Positions 26,563 to 28,578 of a DNA stretch of 28,578 nt are shown one piece after another. Within the stretch, counting starts at the first letter, position 1, and every line of letters starts with the position of its first letter. The stretch is taken from contig CBDUYR010000034.1 of the NCBI GenBank assembly GCA_965371515.1, positions 1 through 28,578 on the forward strand, written 5' to 3'. The translations under genes and the position numbers were made by a program. Source of the stretch: an uncultured bacterium (lineage in GTDB: Bacteria > Krumholzibacteriota > Krumholzibacteriia > Krumholzibacteriales > Krumholzibacteriaceae). Under the pieces are notes generated by a model that was given only the letters and a program-made list of their open reading frames with translations, was not told where the DNA came from and ran no database searches.

Positions 26563-28407
26563 TTATTCGTCAATATACCAGGTCGAATCGAATATCGTCG
26601 GCATCCCGAAAAGCGACCTGACCAGGTTGATCTCGTCCTGCGACGGGTCATAAATCAGGGGCGCCGTGACGCCGACCATCAGGTGGCCGAGATCGTAACT
26701 GTGGGCAAGCTGGAGGATGTGCCCCAGTTCGTGGGCAAATATCATCCTGCCCTTGAACTGTATAGGCGAGAGCTGATTGATCGGATAGATCCAGATCAGC
26801 ATCTTCGACGGCGTCCCGTCCTCGTTCGAACTGATCGGCTCGACATGATGCTTCACGTTGATCGTGGTATCGTAGATGATCTCGACGTCCGCCGCATCGG
26901 GATCGGAGATCTCGATGAAAAGCTCGTGTCCCGTCAGTTCGTTCCAGGCGGTCATGGCGATCCTCGCCAGCTCCTGGGTATCGACCCCCTCCCACGAGAA
27001 CGGAGGGTTGTAGACCGTCACGGGATAGTGGTTCCAGTTCCTGAAGATCGTAGGCCTTCCCATCAGGTCTTCCGTATTCGTCAGAGCCGTGAAGAACCTG
27101 TAGAAGTTCCCGCCGTAAGTGCCGTGGAGCTCGCTCACCAGGTCGAAGTACGGCATCATCGTTAGATCTTTGCGGAAATGCCAGATGATGCCCGAAACGG
27201 GTATCGCCATGTCGTAATAAGCTCCCTGGTCGCCGACTACATGCTCGTCCCTGACCCTGATCAGATCGGTGTACAGGGGAAGGTTGATGAGCTTGTAGTA
27301 CCCGTCGGCCGAGGTCGTATCGGCGATTCCCTCTGACGATACGACGATCCCCTCGAGAGGTTCGCCCGTCGCCGCGTCGGCTATGTAACCGTCTGCGTCT
27401 ATTCCGCGTACGAGCAGCCTGATGCAGTTGCCCAGCTGCGACATGTTTCCGAAATCGTCGACGGCCCTCGCTGTCACGTAGAGCCACGTTCCCGGATTGA
27501 GGTTCTCGACTATCATCTCCTCGATCGTTCCGGGCAATCCGGGCACCGGCGCGTCGATCTTCTGCGAGGCCTCATCCCAGTCTTTCTCGTTGAGAATAGG
27601 GATGGTATGCGTCCTGACACGGTAGTGGTTCACCCTTCCGTCCATGCCATCGTCGCCTGGCGCCGTCCACTGGAGCCGGATCCTTCCGGGATCGAGGCCC
27701 GTCCAGCCGATCAGGTCGGTTATCCTTGCCGGAAGTATCGTGTCCGCCTCTCCGACGACCCTTACCACCCATAACAGCGTGTCCCCGTACTCGCCGTCCC
27801 AGACGAGGCCGGTAACGTCGAACAGGCCGTTTTCCATGAACCTGTGATGCGCGACCGAAGTCTCGTCCATGATCTCGATCGGGACACTGCCTGCATAGTA
27901 GGAATATCGCAGGTCCTCAGGATGGTCGTCCTCGACCCCCATCCTGAATTCGAGCGTCGAACCTATGAGCGTAGTGATGCTGTCCTGATCGGGTGAATAC
28001 CAGTCGATCACGGGCGGGTCGTTGTGCAGCTCGATAACGGTGACGTACCAGTCCCTTGCCGCGTAATCGGAATGATCGTGCGCCCTTCCCTGGAGGTGAT
28101 AGAATCCCCCTTTTTCAGGATCGAAGACGTAATCCGACCCGTCATGCAGCACCTCCAGGACCTCGCCCTCGTTGCCGATAAGGACATATCTGTAGCTGAG
28201 CTCGTCACGGTCAGGATCGTCAGCCGTGAAACTGAACATGATCGAGTCGACGGGCGCCTCGATCACGAGGAGTAGCTCCTCGGGCCAGGCGTCCTTGATG
28301 TATGGAGGGGAATTTGGTCTGGCAGGATCGGTCTGGAAGATGCAAGACTGAAACGCCATTCCCCACGCAAGTCCCAATATGATTAACCCAGTGGCTTTTC
28401 GCATCAT
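26563..28407 (-). CDS. Multidomain lipoprotein: Ig-like and FN3-like domains plus a C-terminal matrixin-like zinc metalloprotease
   Basis: Likely start MMRKATG with lipobox FQS-C. NSPP and NDPP Ig-like starts, FN3-like LQWTAPGDDG, carboxypeptidase-regulatory-like DAATGEPLEG, and HELGHILQLAH with downstream Met-turn HLM. Confidence 0.8.
   Translation of the reverse strand: MMRKATGLIILGLAWGMAFQSCIFQTDPARPNSPPYIKDAWPEELLLVIEAPVDSIMFSFTADDPDRDELSYRYVLIGNEGEVLEVLHDGSDYVFDPEKGGFYHLQGRAHDHSDYAARDWYVTVIELHNDPPVIDWYSPDQDSITTLIGSTLEFRMGVEDDHPEDLRYSYYAGSVPIEIMDETSVAHHRFMENGLFDVTGLVWDGEYGDTLLWVVRVVGEADTILPARITDLIGWTGLDPGRIRLQWTAPGDDGMDGRVNHYRVRTHTIPILNEKDWDEASQKIDAPVPGLPGTIEEMIVENLNPGTWLYVTARAVDDFGNMSQLGNCIRLLVRGIDADGYIADAATGEPLEGIVVSSEGIADTTSADGYYKLINLPLYTDLIRVRDEHVVGDQGAYYDMAIPVSGIIWHFRKDLTMMPYFDLVSELHGTYGGNFYRFFTALTNTEDLMGRPTIFRNWNHYPVTVYNPPFSWEGVDTQELARIAMTAWNELTGHELFIEISDPDAADVEIIYDTTINVKHHVEPISSNEDGTPSKMLIWIYPINQLSPIQFKGRMIFAHELGHILQLAHSYDLGHLMVGVTAPLIYDPSQDEINLVRSLFGMPTIFDSTWYIDE
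26564..26618. repeat. 55-bp exact direct repeat, copy 1 (3' end of the metalloprotease gene)
   Basis: TATTCGTCAATATACCAGGTCGAATCGAATATCGTCGGCATCCCGAAAAGCGACC, identical to 28524-28578. Confidence 0.97.
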
Positions 28408-28522
28408 GTCCACTTTTTCTATCGGTGGGGCCGACATCTCACTTGAAAGATAATTAATCGGAGAGCGTTACGAAAGTCGATAGTATGTATCTCCGTTATG
28501 CCGGTCCGTCAGGTCCGCGGCG

Positions 28523-28578
28523 CTATTCGTCAATATACCAGGTCGAATCGAATATCGTCGGCATCCCGAAAAGCGACC
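28523..28578 (-). CDS. 3' end of a probable tandem paralog of the metalloprotease lipoprotein (partial; repeat copy 2)
   Basis: Encodes ...SLFGMPTIFDSTWYIDE-TAG, identical to the C-terminus of 26563-28407 (which ends TAA). Truncated by the window end. Confidence 0.7.
   Translation of the reverse strand, partial: SLFGMPTIFDSTWYIDE

Noticed and set aside
26563..28578. The 55-bp repeat as a DGR template/variable repeat, an att site or a CRISPR repeat
   Set aside because: There are no adenine-specific mismatches within the repeat, no reverse transcriptase, integrase or cas gene in view, and only two copies. The repeat is in-frame coding sequence.

Overview
A GC-rich chromosomal segment from a diderm, probably anaerobic bacterium. 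An FCB-group candidate lineage such as Ca. Krumholzibacteriota or Latescibacterota (WS3) is my inference, not a database result. The window starts inside a minus-strand 16S rRNA gene whose promoter and boxB/boxA leader are visible. It then carries PBP1A, a yhaM-alr-deoC operon, an orphan lipoprotein and a degenerate UshA-like lipoprotein with a CGC motif. Next come a TPR lipoprotein, a histidine kinase and a sigma54 (NtrC-family) activator, followed directly by two enhancer-like sites, a -24/-12 promoter and a three-gene envelope operon I do not recognise (a five-repeat helical secreted protein, a small lipoprotein and a predicted outer-membrane beta-barrel). The rest is an acyl-CoA dehydrogenase-etfB-etfA-membrane FeS oxidoreductase (EMO/FadF-like) operon, a YkgJ Cys-cluster protein, a large gingipain-like (C25) protease with FG-GAP repeats and a T9SS-like tail, and a multidomain metzincin lipoprotein whose last 55 bp recur exactly at the window end. 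The best candidate for an undescribed system is the sigma54-controlled envelope module at about 8650-15591. I found no mobile element, CRISPR array or tRNA.
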